Part shown: in pieces, positions 49,569-60,536 of the stretch
Position numbering within the stretch: the stretch's first letter is position 1
Layout: every line of letters begins with the position of its first letter
Assembly (NCBI GenBank): GCA_030599585.1
Contig: JAUVNS010000002.1
Location: forward strand, 32,001-96,000
Source: Promethearchaeota archaeon
GTDB lineage: Archaea; Asgardarchaeota; Lokiarchaeia; Sigyniarchaeales; SOKP01
Length of the DNA: 64,000 nt
Direction: 5' to 3'
Position numbers and translations under genes: made by a program
The notes under the pieces: generated by a model
What the model saw: only the letters and a program-made list of their open reading frames with translations
The model's database searches: none
Told to the model about the DNA's origin: nothing

Positions 49569-51122
49569 ATGAATGTAAAAGAAATTAAGGGTCGTGTTGA
49601 TTTTAGTTCTGGAAAATTTTTAGGATATGTATTATGGAGGCAGTCTGACGGTTTTCACTTGAGATGGACAACTAAAGGAAAAAAAGAAAATAATTTTCAA
49701 GGAAAGATAGTCTTTCAAAGCAAAGTGTTACTAACTAAAAAGCTCAGACCAGAATCTAAAGATAATATAAAACAATCAGAGAGTAAAACGATTGAATGGG
49801 ACACTACACTGAAAAACGACATTGATGGGGTAGACTTCCTCACTCCAGGAAACTTCGAATTAGAACTACGAATAGATAAGAAAAAAATAAAACCAAAAAG
49901 CATTTTTCTGGGACCTCAGATGATACAACCTGAGAGTAATCCATTTACGGTAATTCAAAAAACGCTTGATAAAGAAGATATAATTGATGAACCCGTCCTA
50001 AAAAAAAGGACTGAACCTATTTACGAGCCTACTCTTGAGCCAGAATCAGAGCCTGAACCTGAGCCAGAACCTGAGCCAGAACCTGAGCCAGAACCTGAGC
50101 CAGAACCAGAACCAGAACCAGAACCAGAATCTAAGCCTGAACCAGTATATGAGCCTACGCCTGAGCCAGAACCAGAACCGGAACCTGAGCCAGAGCCTAA
50201 ATCAGAACCAGTGTATGAACCTATACCAGAGCCTGAACCAGATCCAGTATATGAACCTACGCCAGAGCCTGAACTAGAACCAGTATACGAACCTACGCCA
50301 GAGCCTAAACCAGAACCAGTGTATGAAACTATACCAGAGCCTGAACCAGAACCAGTATACGATCCTACGCCAGAGCCTGAACCAGAACCAGTATACGATC
50401 CTACACCAGAACCAGAACTTGTATACGAACCTACGCCAGAGCCGGAACCAGAATCAGAATTTGAACCTAATTTTATGCCAGAAATAGCATTTGAACCTAT
50501 TCTTGAGCCAGAGCCATATGAACCTAAGCCAGAGCCAGAGCCTGAACCAGAATCAGTGTATGAACCTGTACCAGAGCCTGAACCAGAACCAGTGTATGAA
50601 CCTACGCCAGAGCCTAAACCAGAACCAGTGTATGAACCTATACCAGAGCCTGAACCAGATCCAGTATATGAACCTACGCCAGAGCCTAAACCAGAACCAG
50701 TGTATGAAACTATACCAGAGCCTGAACCAGAACCAGTATTCGATCCTACGCCAGAGCCTGAACCAGAACCAGTATTCGATCCTACACCAGAGCCTGAACC
50801 AGAACCAGTGTATGAACCTACGCCAGAGCCTAAACCAGAACCAGTGTATGAACCTATACCAGAGCCTGAACCAGATCCAGTATATGAACCTACGCCAGAG
50901 CCTGAACTAGAACCAGTATACGAACCTACGCCAGAGCCTGAACCAGAACCAGTATACGATCCTACACCAGAACCAGTATACGAATCTACGCCCGAACCAG
51001 TATTCGAACCTATTCCCAGTCCAGAACATGAACCGCTCTCAGAACCTTTTTATAAGCCAAAGTCCGAAGAGGATGAAGAAACCGAGGATGAAGATGAAAT
51101 GAAATCCTCAGATGAATACTAA
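49569..51122 (+). CDS. Protein with an N-terminal beta domain and a long acidic Pro-Glu repeat tail
   Basis: ~130-aa globular domain (GFHLRWTT...DGVDF...PESNPF) followed by ~340 aa of (PE)n/PVYEPT repeats. Confidence 0.85.
   Translation: MNVKEIKGRVDFSSGKFLGYVLWRQSDGFHLRWTTKGKKENNFQGKIVFQSKVLLTKKLRPESKDNIKQSESKTIEWDTTLKNDIDGVDFLTPGNFELELRIDKKKIKPKSIFLGPQMIQPESNPFTVIQKTLDKEDIIDEPVLKKRTEPIYEPTLEPESEPEPEPEPEPEPEPEPEPEPEPEPEPESKPEPVYEPTPEPEPEPEPEPEPKSEPVYEPIPEPEPDPVYEPTPEPELEPVYEPTPEPKPEPVYETIPEPEPEPVYDPTPEPEPEPVYDPTPEPELVYEPTPEPEPESEFEPNFMPEIAFEPILEPEPYEPKPEPEPEPESVYEPVPEPEPEPVYEPTPEPKPEPVYEPIPEPEPDPVYEPTPEPKPEPVYETIPEPEPEPVFDPTPEPEPEPVFDPTPEPEPEPVYEPTPEPKPEPVYEPIPEPEPDPVYEPTPEPELEPVYEPTPEPEPEPVYDPTPEPVYESTPEPVFEPIPSPEHEPLSEPFYKPKSEEDEETEDEDEMKSSDEY
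50011..51020 (+). repeat. Coding tandem repeat: 6-nt (CCAGAA/CCTGAG) and ~36-nt ([12 protein letters not shown]) units
   Basis: Many copies of ccagagcctgaaccagaaccagtgtatgaacctacg and variants. Confidence 0.95.
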
Positions 51123-51706
51123 ATCAGATATTTTTAAATTTTAATTCTTCTTTATATTACATACGATCTACTTTATTTAATCAAATAAAAGTAACTTAGT
51201 TTTAACATTTGATGAAAAATGTTAGAAAAGAATCATTATTTTAACAAATTGAACTTAAATCTGGTGATTAATTACTGCCAGATTCTATTGGCTTTTTTTT
51301 TCAAAAAAACAGACTGTTTTCAATGCTCGTTTCAATAACGCACTTGTAGTCCTTAAAGGCTACTTCGGAAAACACATATGCATGATTTTTAACTTCCATC
51401 AACTAATCTAGTTTTCGAAATTACATTAGAAAGGAGTTAAAAATGGATGAAGATATATTAATTAATGGCTCAAAAAAGTGAACATTTCCTATTTGACAAC
51501 CAATTATTTGAATTATATATTCTACTTAGTGATATTTAGGAATTAGAGAATAAAATAGATGAAGAAAAGGTTTATAAAGGAGAAATGATTTTTTATTAAT
51601 AATCAATGAATCTTAATACTCAATTATTATCATATAATATTTGATTGAACAAGAAATGATTTAAAACCTAATTGATGAGGTGGCTAATTCGATATGACGG
51701 ATTAGC

Positions 51707-51895
51707 ATGTCAGTAATATATCAAAGACAAAGAAGAAAAAAGAAGAAATATCCTCGAAACAGAATCAGTAGAAAAGTCCTTAATAGACAAAAATTAAGGA
51801 AAAAAGTATTAAAATCTCGAGGGTGGAAACTTAATTATCCAGAGTTATTCGAATACTCTGATAAGTTTCCTTATATCATCAGGAAGAATCAGTAA
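51707..51895 (+). CDS. Small, highly basic hypothetical protein
   Basis: 62 aa, Arg/Lys-rich (RQRRKKKKYPRNRISRK); followed by a T tract. Confidence 0.5.
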   Translation: MSVIYQRQRRKKKKYPRNRISRKVLNRQKLRKKVLKSRGWKLNYPELFEYSDKFPYIIRKNQ

Positions 51896-51935
51896 ATAAT
51901 ACTAATATTATTTTTTTTTATTCCTTTTAAGTTGT

Positions 51936-52775
51936 TTATTCATGCGGTAGTAGGGTTACTAGAGATATTATTAAGATTATCCCACATAAAAAAATTAATG
52001 CTTGTATTATCGATTTTTTTAAATCCTTTTCCTTTATCAATTCAGGCATGAGTTCAGTACTAGCGATATATAAAAAACCACCGCCCGAGAATGCTAAGAA
52101 AAAGAGATTAAAGATTTCTACGTTGTCTGACAAGATAAATGCTGTTAATCCACCTAATAAGGCAATCATACCACTAAGAAAATTAAAGAATAGCGCTTTT
52201 TTCTTTGAAAATCCACCGTATAAAAGTATTCCGAAATCGCCGATTTCTTGTGGGAACTCGTGAAACACCACAGCGAGAGTTATAATTATACCGCTTTTAG
52301 TTCCACTTAAAAATGCAACCATTATGATTATCCCATCCAAAAAGTTATGAAGTCCATCCCCGATTAAATTAAGAAGAGCAAAACTTTTAACCCCACTACT
52401 TTGTGACAATGAGTAGTCTTCGCCCTCTCCTAAACCAGTATAACACACTAATTTGTTTTCTTTTTCATGCGCGTGCCCGTGAAACCAGTAAATAAAACGT
52501 TCGATAACGAAAAATATCACAAAACCAAAAATAATAAAGATAAAAACTAAATTTTCAGCAATTCCTGCTCCACTTGAATTCAATTCCTCTAAATGGTGAA
52601 TTGATTCTGGAATTAAATCGAATAACGCAGATGCCAGAATTGTACCAGTTGCAAACGCCACTAAAATGAAGAGAATGTTGTCTAATGTCTTTTCCCTTAT
52701 TGAAATCATAAATAATCCAAGTAAACTGAAGCTACCGATAATAAATATCATTAAAAAGCCTATTATTACTTCCAT
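51936..52775 (-). CDS. ZIP family metal transporter
   Basis: HGHAHE, GDGLHNFLDG, HEFPQEIGDF. Confidence 0.93.
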   Translation of the reverse strand: MEVIIGFLMIFIIGSFSLLGLFMISIREKTLDNILFILVAFATGTILASALFDLIPESIHHLEELNSSGAGIAENLVFIFIIFGFVIFFVIERFIYWFHGHAHEKENKLVCYTGLGEGEDYSLSQSSGVKSFALLNLIGDGLHNFLDGIIIMVAFLSGTKSGIIITLAVVFHEFPQEIGDFGILLYGGFSKKKALFFNFLSGMIALLGGLTAFILSDNVEIFNLFFLAFSGGGFLYIASTELMPELIKEKDLKKSIIQALIFLCGIILIISLVTLLPHE

Positions 52776-53017
52776 CTTCTATCTTTGATTCTGTTATTGT
52801 GTAATCTAGCTTTAAATGTCTTGCTATAGACAAAATGAACTAGTAATAAAATAACTATAGTTTCTAATTATTAAAAAGTTGATTAATGGAAATACAATCA
52901 TTTCGATTTAGAAAATCTACCAGATACATATTACAAAAAAGAACATATCTCTTAATTTCTGGGTAGGAATAAAGTATTAATCCATAATAAAATAAAATTT
53001 CTGATTACTGCTTTATC

Positions 53018-53515
53018 TTATATTCTTTCTAATTTTTTACGAATTTTTAATAACAGAGTAATGACAGAAACAACTAGAATTAGATATAGTCCTATATATC
53101 CCGGAATAGCTCCATCGGTAGGTCCGTTTGAGGGCCCTATTGTCTTTGTTATGGAGCCCCCTTGGTTGCATGTTGCCGTTACCTGAATAGTAGATTCATC
53201 CTTGGTTATTACAGTATACTCATACGTAAAAAATAACAAATCGGGCTGACTTGTGTAGGTTTGAGTCTGGTCTATAGTTCCATTAACTCTAATGGTAACT
53301 GAAAATACATAATGAGAAGTGTTATCGGAAACTCCGTGGGTGATTGAAACTTTAAGCGTGTTTGTACCTGAATTGTAATCCAATGACATATCCTGTGGTG
53401 AGTGTGCTCTTACATTACTGCTTGCTATGGTTAAGAAGACGATAAAGAAGACAGATAAAAAATAATATTTATTTTTTTTAGGCATTGTTAACAAGTTTTT
53501 GGTTATGAACTTCAC
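53018..53515 (-). CDS. Secreted protein (desulfoferrodoxin-like His motifs) with IPGY-TM anchor
   Basis: Signal peptide ending VRA-HSP; THGV...HYV; C; AIPGYIGLYLILVVSVITLLLKIRKK. Confidence 0.7.
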   Translation of the reverse strand: MKFITKNLLTMPKKNKYYFLSVFFIVFLTIASSNVRAHSPQDMSLDYNSGTNTLKVSITHGVSDNTSHYVFSVTIRVNGTIDQTQTYTSQPDLLFFTYEYTVITKDESTIQVTATCNQGGSITKTIGPSNGPTDGAIPGYIGLYLILVVSVITLLLKIRKKLERI

Positions 53516-53610
53516 GTAAATGAATTATGGTTAAAAATTTAATAATTTAGTATTTAATTGTTTCCTTTATAAATTTAAAACCAATGAAAATGTTCTTTCT
53601 AACGAATTTT

Positions 53611-54417
53611 CTATAACCATTCGCAATTAAGATATTTGCGAAGGTTTTTTTTACGGTTTTTCTTTCCTAACGCTCTATTAATCTCTCCAGGGATGAATAT
53701 TACAGATTTAGATTTAACAGCGTCAAGTGAAAGTGAAACAACTTCTTCTGCTTCCATCCAACGTTCTGGTTGATACGAACTTCTTTGAAAACCGCTCATA
53801 GCATTAGTGTCGTGAAATTCAGAGTAAGTAAAACCTGGACACAACGCTTGGATATAAATTCCTGTTCCCTTGACTTTTACTTTAAGTAACTCCGAAAAAA
53901 TAGTCACCGCTGATTTAGTAGTAGTGTACATTATTAGCGCAGAATCTTTACTTATTGCCGACATTGATGAAGTATTTATAATAACACCTCGTTTTCTTTT
54001 TGCCATTCCTGGAATCGTAGCGTGACAAAGTATTACTGGACTTGCGAAATGGACATTTATCATATCGACATGTTTCATTCTCTCTATCTTTAGAAAATTT
54101 TGCATAATTCCAAATCCAGCGTTGTTTATTAACATATCAAGATTTTCTATTTCGTTGATTCTTTTGATAACTTGTTCGTTATCAGAAATTTTGGATAAAT
54201 CAGCAACAATCACTTCAACATTGATAGAATATTTTTCCTGTAATGTTTTACTGAGAGCATCTAGTTTTTCTTTTCTTCTTGCTACTAAAATTAAATCAAA
54301 ACCTTGTTGTGCTAATTGCCTGGCAAATTCCGCTCCAATTCCAGATGAGGACCCTGTTATTAAAGCTGATCCCGGATTCTCCCAACCCATAAAATTATTT
54401 TCAGAATTCATAATCAT
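53611..54417 (-). CDS. Short-chain dehydrogenase/reductase
   Basis: TGSSSGIG, NNAGFG, YTTTK, LCPG. Confidence 0.93.
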   Translation of the reverse strand: MIMNSENNFMGWENPGSALITGSSSGIGAEFARQLAQQGFDLILVARRKEKLDALSKTLQEKYSINVEVIVADLSKISDNEQVIKRINEIENLDMLINNAGFGIMQNFLKIERMKHVDMINVHFASPVILCHATIPGMAKRKRGVIINTSSMSAISKDSALIMYTTTKSAVTIFSELLKVKVKGTGIYIQALCPGFTYSEFHDTNAMSGFQRSSYQPERWMEAEEVVSLSLDAVKSKSVIFIPGEINRALGKKNRKKNLRKYLNCEWL

Positions 54418-54615
54418 CGCGTGTTTTTTAATTAAATTTCTAACTCAAATATCAAATTGAGTTTATTCTTTTATAAATTCTTCCTTTACTAAACTCGCTC
54501 AAACATCCAAGGAAATTGTTCTATAATACATAAAACCTTTATAAAATAAGAATAAAAATTAAAAAGTGGAAATTCTAATTAAAACTAAGTTTTAGTAAAA
54601 CAAATAAAAAAGCCA

Positions 54616-55182
54616 ATGCTGAAAATAAAATTAAAGAAAAATGAGCGGAGTAGAAACACTTTATATTTAATTGTGATTTCACTGATTTTTATCCAATTTT
54701 GTAATTTTGCTTCGTTGGGGATCGCAGCTGATCCAGTAAGAACTGATATTTCCGTTAGTGTAGCGAACGATATGATCAATAATAACACGGGATATCCTAA
54801 TCTGCTTGTTTTAGATGTAAGGACAATTGAAGAATATAATGACGCCCATCTGTATAATGTTACTTTAATCCCCGTTGATGAGCTTGGAGGTAGGTTAAGC
54901 GAGATAGAATCTTATAATGATACGGAAATTATAGTATATTGTAGAAGTGGAAGTAGAAGCTTACAAGCGAGCAATCTCTTAGTTGCTAACAACTTTACGA
55001 AAATTTATAATATGGAAGGAGGAATTAATGCGTGGATAGCTGCGGGTTTTGACTATTGGTTAAACGAAGATGTAAGTATCATCGATTTCGCATTACCGGT
55101 ATTTCTAGTTTCTATTGTAGGAATAATATTTGTGTTAGTTCTCTTTTCTAAGAGGAGATGGAAGTTAGGAAAAACCTATTAA
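54616..55182 (+). CDS. Membrane-anchored rhodanese-like protein
   Basis: LDVRTIEEY..AHL, YCRSGSRS, MEGGINAW; N- and C-terminal TMs. Confidence 0.9.
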   Translation: MLKIKLKKNERSRNTLYLIVISLIFIQFCNFASLGIAADPVRTDISVSVANDMINNNTGYPNLLVLDVRTIEEYNDAHLYNVTLIPVDELGGRLSEIESYNDTEIIVYCRSGSRSLQASNLLVANNFTKIYNMEGGINAWIAAGFDYWLNEDVSIIDFALPVFLVSIVGIIFVLVLFSKRRWKLGKTY

Positions 55183-55243
55183 TACTAACAATATCAAACT
55201 CACGATTAATAAAACTTATAAAACTAAAAAATCTTGATGATGT

Positions 55244-56035
55244 ATGAAAACAACAATATACTACTTTACTGGAACAGGAAATTCGTTGAAAGTTGCCAAG
55301 GATCTTTCAGAAAAGTTAGAAGAATGTGAGCTTGTACCTATTGCAAAAGTTTGGGAGGATGATCATCTTGCTTCGTCCAGCGAAAAAGTTGGTTTTATTT
55401 TTCCTCTCTATTACGCTGGATTACCTAAAATTGTCTATGATTTCTTAAACAAAATAGAACTCGCTAAATCCAATTATTTCTTTGCTGTTATAACAAATGC
55501 TGGAGATATTAATAATACACCCTTACTGCAAATAGAGACAATTTTAAAATCGAAATCTAAAACTTTGAGCGCTGGCTTTTTTATATTAATGCCAAACAAC
55601 TATATAATTGGTATTGATATTCACTCAGAAGCACGCCAAAAAGAATTTTTTGAAGAAGCAAATAAAAAAATTGAAACTATTCATAAAACCGTAGAGAAAA
55701 ATGAAAGTAATTTAGGGAAGGATTTCTTTGAAAAACGAAGAATTAAGAGCGAGAAATTTAATAAGAGTTTTCGAGATAGTGTTTATGAATCTGACAAATC
55801 TTTCTACGCTGAAGACACATGTACTACTTGCGGAATATGTGTAAATGTATGTCCAGTAAATAACATCGTTCTTGTAGAGGATGTACCTCAATGGCAACAT
55901 AAATGTCAGCAATGTCTAGCTTGTATTAACTTTTGTCCTGAAAAATGTATTCAATTTGGTGATAAAACGTTAAAAACACAAAGGTATCACCATCCCGATA
56001 TAACAGTTAAAGATTTAATCAACCAGAAAAATTAA
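55244..56035 (+). CDS. EFR1-family flavodoxin/ferredoxin protein
   Basis: YFTGTGNS, MPNNY, CTTCGICVNVCP, CQQCLACINFCP. Confidence 0.9.
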   Translation: MKTTIYYFTGTGNSLKVAKDLSEKLEECELVPIAKVWEDDHLASSSEKVGFIFPLYYAGLPKIVYDFLNKIELAKSNYFFAVITNAGDINNTPLLQIETILKSKSKTLSAGFFILMPNNYIIGIDIHSEARQKEFFEEANKKIETIHKTVEKNESNLGKDFFEKRRIKSEKFNKSFRDSVYESDKSFYAEDTCTTCGICVNVCPVNNIVLVEDVPQWQHKCQQCLACINFCPEKCIQFGDKTLKTQRYHHPDITVKDLINQKN

Positions 56036-56671
56036 TTATTTCTTAATATTTTCCTTTTGTTTCTTTAATTTTGGAAAAAACATTGGGACTTTTTCTTTAT
56101 AATCCTTATAGTCATTTCCAAATTCTTTAATTAATTCTTTTTCTTCCTTCCAAGCAACAAGGAAATTTAGTAGAATTACCAAAGGTGTAAAAATTAAAGA
56201 GAATAACGACGATAACAAAAAAGAAATTCCAATGTGAGCCAATAATCCTCCAAAGTATTGGGGATGCCTAATTATTGAATAGATTTTAGAGGAAACGATC
56301 TGGTCTGTTCTATGAGTTTCGGCTACTTTAAGGGAAGTTTCTTTTACGCTCAAAATTCCGAGCCATGCTCCTATTAGTATAAAAGGAACGGACATTAATA
56401 AATAAAAAATTGGTATTGAAAAGTTAATAATTGGAATAATAAAACTAGGATTTTGCAAGAATGGAATACTTAGCCGAGGTTGAGGCGAAATCCATATTCC
56501 AAACCAAAATATAAAAAACCCCCATCCAGAGGTGAGCCCGAGTATCCCAGTGATTTTATTACCTTTATCCGCTCCATATTTTTTTTGAAACTTCAAATGT
56601 TCAACAGATAAAAAATGAAGTGGAACCATAAAGCACATCCCTAAAATAGATAAAATAAACCATGGATACAT
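56036..56671 (-). CDS. Isoprenylcysteine carboxyl methyltransferase/PEMT family membrane protein
   Basis: IYSIIRHPQY, EEKELIKEFG.DY.DY..KVP. Confidence 0.88.
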   Translation of the reverse strand: MYPWFILSILGMCFMVPLHFLSVEHLKFQKKYGADKGNKITGILGLTSGWGFFIFWFGIWISPQPRLSIPFLQNPSFIIPIINFSIPIFYLLMSVPFILIGAWLGILSVKETSLKVAETHRTDQIVSSKIYSIIRHPQYFGGLLAHIGISFLLSSLFSLIFTPLVILLNFLVAWKEEKELIKEFGNDYKDYKEKVPMFFPKLKKQKENIKK

Positions 56672-56692
56672 TTTTATAATCCTCTTGTAGTT

Positions 56693-57205
56693 TTAAAAAT
56701 TAAATATCATATCTCCAACACATTTTTCTTGAGAATGTAATAAACACTCATTAATTTCAGGTTCAAGCTTAAATTTGACACCTACTACGTCTAGCCAGCA
56801 ACCAAGGCGATATAAAAGACCACACTCATATTTTTCCTTTATTCCAATCCTTTTCATCCCTTCATAAGCGAAGCATTTTCCCATTTCCCAATGTAGGATG
56901 TTGTGCCTAGGAAACATGTAGTTAAAATCCATGAAATCGCCTTTTAAAATCGAAAATCCATTGTTAATAAATGCTTTTAGTTGTTCAAAGGTATTTACTT
57001 TGGCCTTTTCCATACCTAAAGCTTTCTGAACTCTTTGGACTTCAAATGGAGAAAGTGTTTTAATTGCAGCTTTATTTAATTTGTTTGCGGTCTCAATACC
57101 AAATTCCTTGACACAGTTATAAAACCACGAACCGTCATGAGTCATCCAACACTTAACAAGAAGTTCTTTTAACTGATGTTTATTGAGTTGATCAAATAAA
57201 GTCAT
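56693..57205 (-). CDS. DUF6125-like hypothetical protein
   Basis: CWMTHDGSWF...FG.E.A..LN; three further Cys. Confidence 0.6.
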   Translation of the reverse strand: MTLFDQLNKHQLKELLVKCWMTHDGSWFYNCVKEFGIETANKLNKAAIKTLSPFEVQRVQKALGMEKAKVNTFEQLKAFINNGFSILKGDFMDFNYMFPRHNILHWEMGKCFAYEGMKRIGIKEKYECGLLYRLGCWLDVVGVKFKLEPEINECLLHSQEKCVGDMIFNF

Positions 57206-57323
57206 ATCAATATTTTCCTTTAATAAATTCCTATTTAATTATCATTTAAGACCACTTGCATATAAGATTATTCAATTTCGAAGTCTAAAATAAAATAACA
57301 AGACGCTTTTTAGCTATTAATCC

Positions 57324-58589
57324 CTATTTTTTAATTTTACGAAACAGATATACTAAAATAACTAAAAAAGTTAAACCACATATTATAATAAAAACAAAAA
57401 CAGGGTAAATACTGACTTCGACAACATAACCCGCTATAATTGGGGTAACACCAAAGCCAATTCCTATCAAGATTTCATTTATAGTTGAATATTTCGCTGT
57501 ATCTTCAGCTGTTCCGTAATCTAGCATGATTTTCATTGATGTTCCATGGATAAATCCAAAGAAAAGACCTGCAAATGCGAATATTAATGCAATATACCAA
57601 ATATATCCAACGATAAAAATACTATATGAAATTAAGATAATCCCAGTTAACCCTAATACCACGGCAATTTTTCGCTTTTGAACGTTCATCACATTAATCC
57701 AAGTTAAACCAATAAGCTGGGCCATTTGTATTCCCCCTTGGACAAGGTAAGTTGATTGAGAGGGTAACGAATTAATTGTTAAAAAAATAGGATATGTGAA
57801 TAGGTAAATCGATTTTGAGATCGTTAAGAATATTATTCCAATCCATGAGAATAGAATTGGATACACTATCATTGGTGAATTTGAATTTAATTTAGAGTAC
57901 TTAATGAAATCCTCTTCATAAACAGGATTCTCTAAGTGAATTTCAAGTTTCTCTGGGGGACTATGAGTCTTGGGAGTTTTCTTCATAGCAAAATTGATTG
58001 GTATTAGTAAAAACGATAATAACCAAGAAATAATCATGATGATATAATCGCTCATAAAAAACGCCCAGAAGTAGCCAATTATCAGCCCAAATATAAAACC
58101 AAAATTCCAAGAAAAATTAAAATTTCTAAAATTCCTCTTAGCCTTTTCAGGACTACTTGTTTTCTGCCATTTACTTAACTGATTCATGCAATTTGGCCAA
58201 AAAAGTCCTAAGGATAACCCTAATGATATCCGACATGTGATTAAAAACCATGGTTCTAAGTAAATTATTTGAGCTCCAGTTAAGATAGGCGTAATAAATG
58301 AGGTTAATAAGATGGCATTACGAATTCCTATTTTTGACGTAATGAATTGCCCTAAAATTGGAGCAAAAATGTACGCTAGAGCCCCAGCAGAAGTGATAAT
58401 CCCAAGAGTACTTTTAGAGATTTTAACATCAAATAAGAGATAATTTGATAACGCTCTTTCAAAAAGGGAGAAATAGAATAGTCGAATGAAAGCGATCCAG
58501 AATAGAGGCCAAGCTCGATAATCTTGTAATGAATCTTTTACTCCTGTTTTCTCTTTTAGAAAAAAAGGAAAATTATTCGAGATTGGCAC
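57324..58589 (-). CDS. MFS transporter
   Basis: About 12 TMs; paralog of 48162-49436. Confidence 0.85.
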   Translation of the reverse strand: MPISNNFPFFLKEKTGVKDSLQDYRAWPLFWIAFIRLFYFSLFERALSNYLLFDVKISKSTLGIITSAGALAYIFAPILGQFITSKIGIRNAILLTSFITPILTGAQIIYLEPWFLITCRISLGLSLGLFWPNCMNQLSKWQKTSSPEKAKRNFRNFNFSWNFGFIFGLIIGYFWAFFMSDYIIMIISWLLSFLLIPINFAMKKTPKTHSPPEKLEIHLENPVYEEDFIKYSKLNSNSPMIVYPILFSWIGIIFLTISKSIYLFTYPIFLTINSLPSQSTYLVQGGIQMAQLIGLTWINVMNVQKRKIAVVLGLTGIILISYSIFIVGYIWYIALIFAFAGLFFGFIHGTSMKIMLDYGTAEDTAKYSTINEILIGIGFGVTPIIAGYVVEVSIYPVFVFIIICGLTFLVILVYLFRKIKK

Positions 58590-58715
58590 AATAAGGATAC
58601 TTTTTTTTTAGTTTTTTAAGAAAGTAGCCCTTTGCTCAAATATTTTCTTAAATGATGATTAATGGGTTTCAAAATAGAAAAAAAAGAAGTTTAAATTTTT
58701 ATGTACGATTTAATT

Positions 58716-59021
58716 TTACTCCCATTTCATCCCTAATAACTTAAAACCATCAGAAGTCCCTATTAAGACTTCACTCTGAATGCGAAAACCTTCAATTTGA
58801 TGAAACGGCATGAAATATTTACCGATTTCCATAAAAGCATCTTCTGCATTTTCCTTATCAGTATAAATTAAATGGTATTGCTTCATACCGTCATTTCCAG
58901 CGTAAGTATTGAAAACACGCCATTTTTTCACATATGGTATTTCTCTCGGCTGTTTTAGAATCAATTTCGCCATTTCAACTGATTTATGATTGGGATAATT
59001 TACTGTTATCATTAAGATCAT
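58716..59021 (-). CDS. Small ~100-aa paralogous family protein (copy 3 of 4)
   Basis: YPNHKSVEMAK...IPYVK...F..IEGF...GFKLLGM; GAGGTGA SD. Confidence 0.72.
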   Translation of the reverse strand: MILMITVNYPNHKSVEMAKLILKQPREIPYVKKWRVFNTYAGNDGMKQYHLIYTDKENAEDAFMEIGKYFMPFHQIEGFRIQSEVLIGTSDGFKLLGMKWE

Positions 59022-59245
59022 TCTTTTTTCACCTCATTAATAAATTTCAAATGTTTTGAATTTCAAAACAATGCTTATGTGTTCTTAATTATTATTTAAC
59101 ATTTTCCATTTTTGTCAAAAAAAAAAGGATTATTTACTAAATATCAGTTATTAGTTTCAGGGATCAAACTCTTTAGTTAGAATATCTGCTGATATATTTA
59201 AAACAAATAATGTAATAATTAAAATTGAGTAATACTCTGAAGATT

Positions 59246-60091
59246 TTATTTTTGTAAGTCTTGTAGAATTGATTCCATTCGATTTTTCACGCCTCTTCTT
59301 AAATATCGATGATGATCAGTTGGGATATAGAATTTTTCGTCCTTTAGAGCGTGAAATAAAATCTCGGCTACTTCATCTGGAGATATCCCGTTTTCGATTG
59401 ATTGTTGATAAGCTTTCATAATTTGTTCTATTTCAGGATTAGTAGTTGTACCATGATACAGCTCTTTTGGTCGATTTCTATCGCTTTCTGTAAGTTTTGT
59501 GGAAGCAAATCCAGGACAAAGGGCTAAAACTTTTATTTTCGCACCAACGCGAGTTAGTTCAAGCTTTAAAGCTTCAGAAAGCGCGATTAGGGCGTGTTTA
59601 GTTATACTATAAATTCCAGTACCTATCGTTGGAGTTAATAACCCAGCCATAGAAGCTGTATTTATTACAAAGCACTCGCAATTTTGTTCTAGCATGATTG
59701 GAATAAAAACGTGAATTCCATGAATCACGCCCCAGAGATTAACTCCAAAAATCCACTTCCATTCAGATAAAGAGTTCTCCCACACGGTTGTTGAGGATTT
59801 AGTGGCAAAACCTACTCCCGCATTATTACATAATATGTGTACGGCGCCAAAATGATCGATGGTTTTTTGGGCTAAGGCTTTAACATCTTCAATTTTCGAA
59901 ACATCTGTCAGAACACTTAAAACATTTGGACTTATTTCTTTTAGCTCTTTTTCCGCTTGAGATAACGCATCTAACTCAATGTCGGCTAAAACAATTTTCA
60001 TGCCTTCTTGTAAAAATTTTTCTGCTATGCTACCCCCGATCCCGCTTGCGGCACCAGTAATTACAGCTACTTTATTAGAAAATTCTTTCAT
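59246..60091 (-). CDS. Short-chain dehydrogenase/reductase
   Basis: TGAASGIG, NNAGV, NTASMAG, YSITKH; start moved to MKEFSNK. Confidence 0.93.
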   Translation of the reverse strand: MKEFSNKVAVITGAASGIGGSIAEKFLQEGMKIVLADIELDALSQAEKELKEISPNVLSVLTDVSKIEDVKALAQKTIDHFGAVHILCNNAGVGFATKSSTTVWENSLSEWKWIFGVNLWGVIHGIHVFIPIMLEQNCECFVINTASMAGLLTPTIGTGIYSITKHALIALSEALKLELTRVGAKIKVLALCPGFASTKLTESDRNRPKELYHGTTTNPEIEQIMKAYQQSIENGISPDEVAEILFHALKDEKFYIPTDHHRYLRRGVKNRMESILQDLQK

Positions 60092-60208
60092 AATTATAAT
60101 TATGCTGATTATATTTATAAAAATTGGACTAAAAATCATTTTTTAACTGTTACTGTTTTTTTATTATTAAATAGTTTAAATTCGAATTATAATTCGCGTG
60201 AAAAATCT

Positions 60209-60526
60209 ATGACTGGCACCAATTTTAATTATTGTCCCAATTGTGGTAAGAAAATACACAAATCTAATAGCAAAAGAGTTAATTTTTGTTGTTATTGTGG
60301 GCACAAATTAAAAGCCAAAGATAGATCATCGCAGGAACACATTCGATGCACTATTTGTCATGAATTTATCTGGTCTAGAAGCACTCGAATTATAAAATGC
60401 TCATTCTGCGGTAGTAGTTATCATTATTCATGCGTGCATGATTGGTTATTAAGATACAATGCCTGCCCAATGTGCCAAAATGTATTTTTAAATCCGAATC
60501 TTGTTCTTTCAAGAAAGCGAAAGTGA
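60209..60526 (+). CDS. Zinc-ribbon + RING-finger protein (putative E3 ubiquitin ligase)
   Basis: CPNCG...FCCYCG, then CTIC...CSFC...HYSCVHDWL....CPMC. Confidence 0.85.
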   Translation: MTGTNFNYCPNCGKKIHKSNSKRVNFCCYCGHKLKAKDRSSQEHIRCTICHEFIWSRSTRIIKCSFCGSSYHYSCVHDWLLRYNACPMCQNVFLNPNLVLSRKRK

Positions 60527-60536
60527 GAATTCAATT

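Noticed and set aside
50035-50910. SQN/LNQ-repeat ORFs (50035-50277 and 50491-50910)
   Set aside because: Alternative-frame shadows of the Pro-Glu repeat
50011-51020. Repeat array as a possible CRISPR
   Set aside because: No unique spacers; the units are in-frame codon repeats within a CDS
51301-51399. 32-codon minus-strand ORF (MEVKNHAYVFSEVAF...) in a long intergenic gap
   Set aside because: No SD or recognisable motif; cannot be supported
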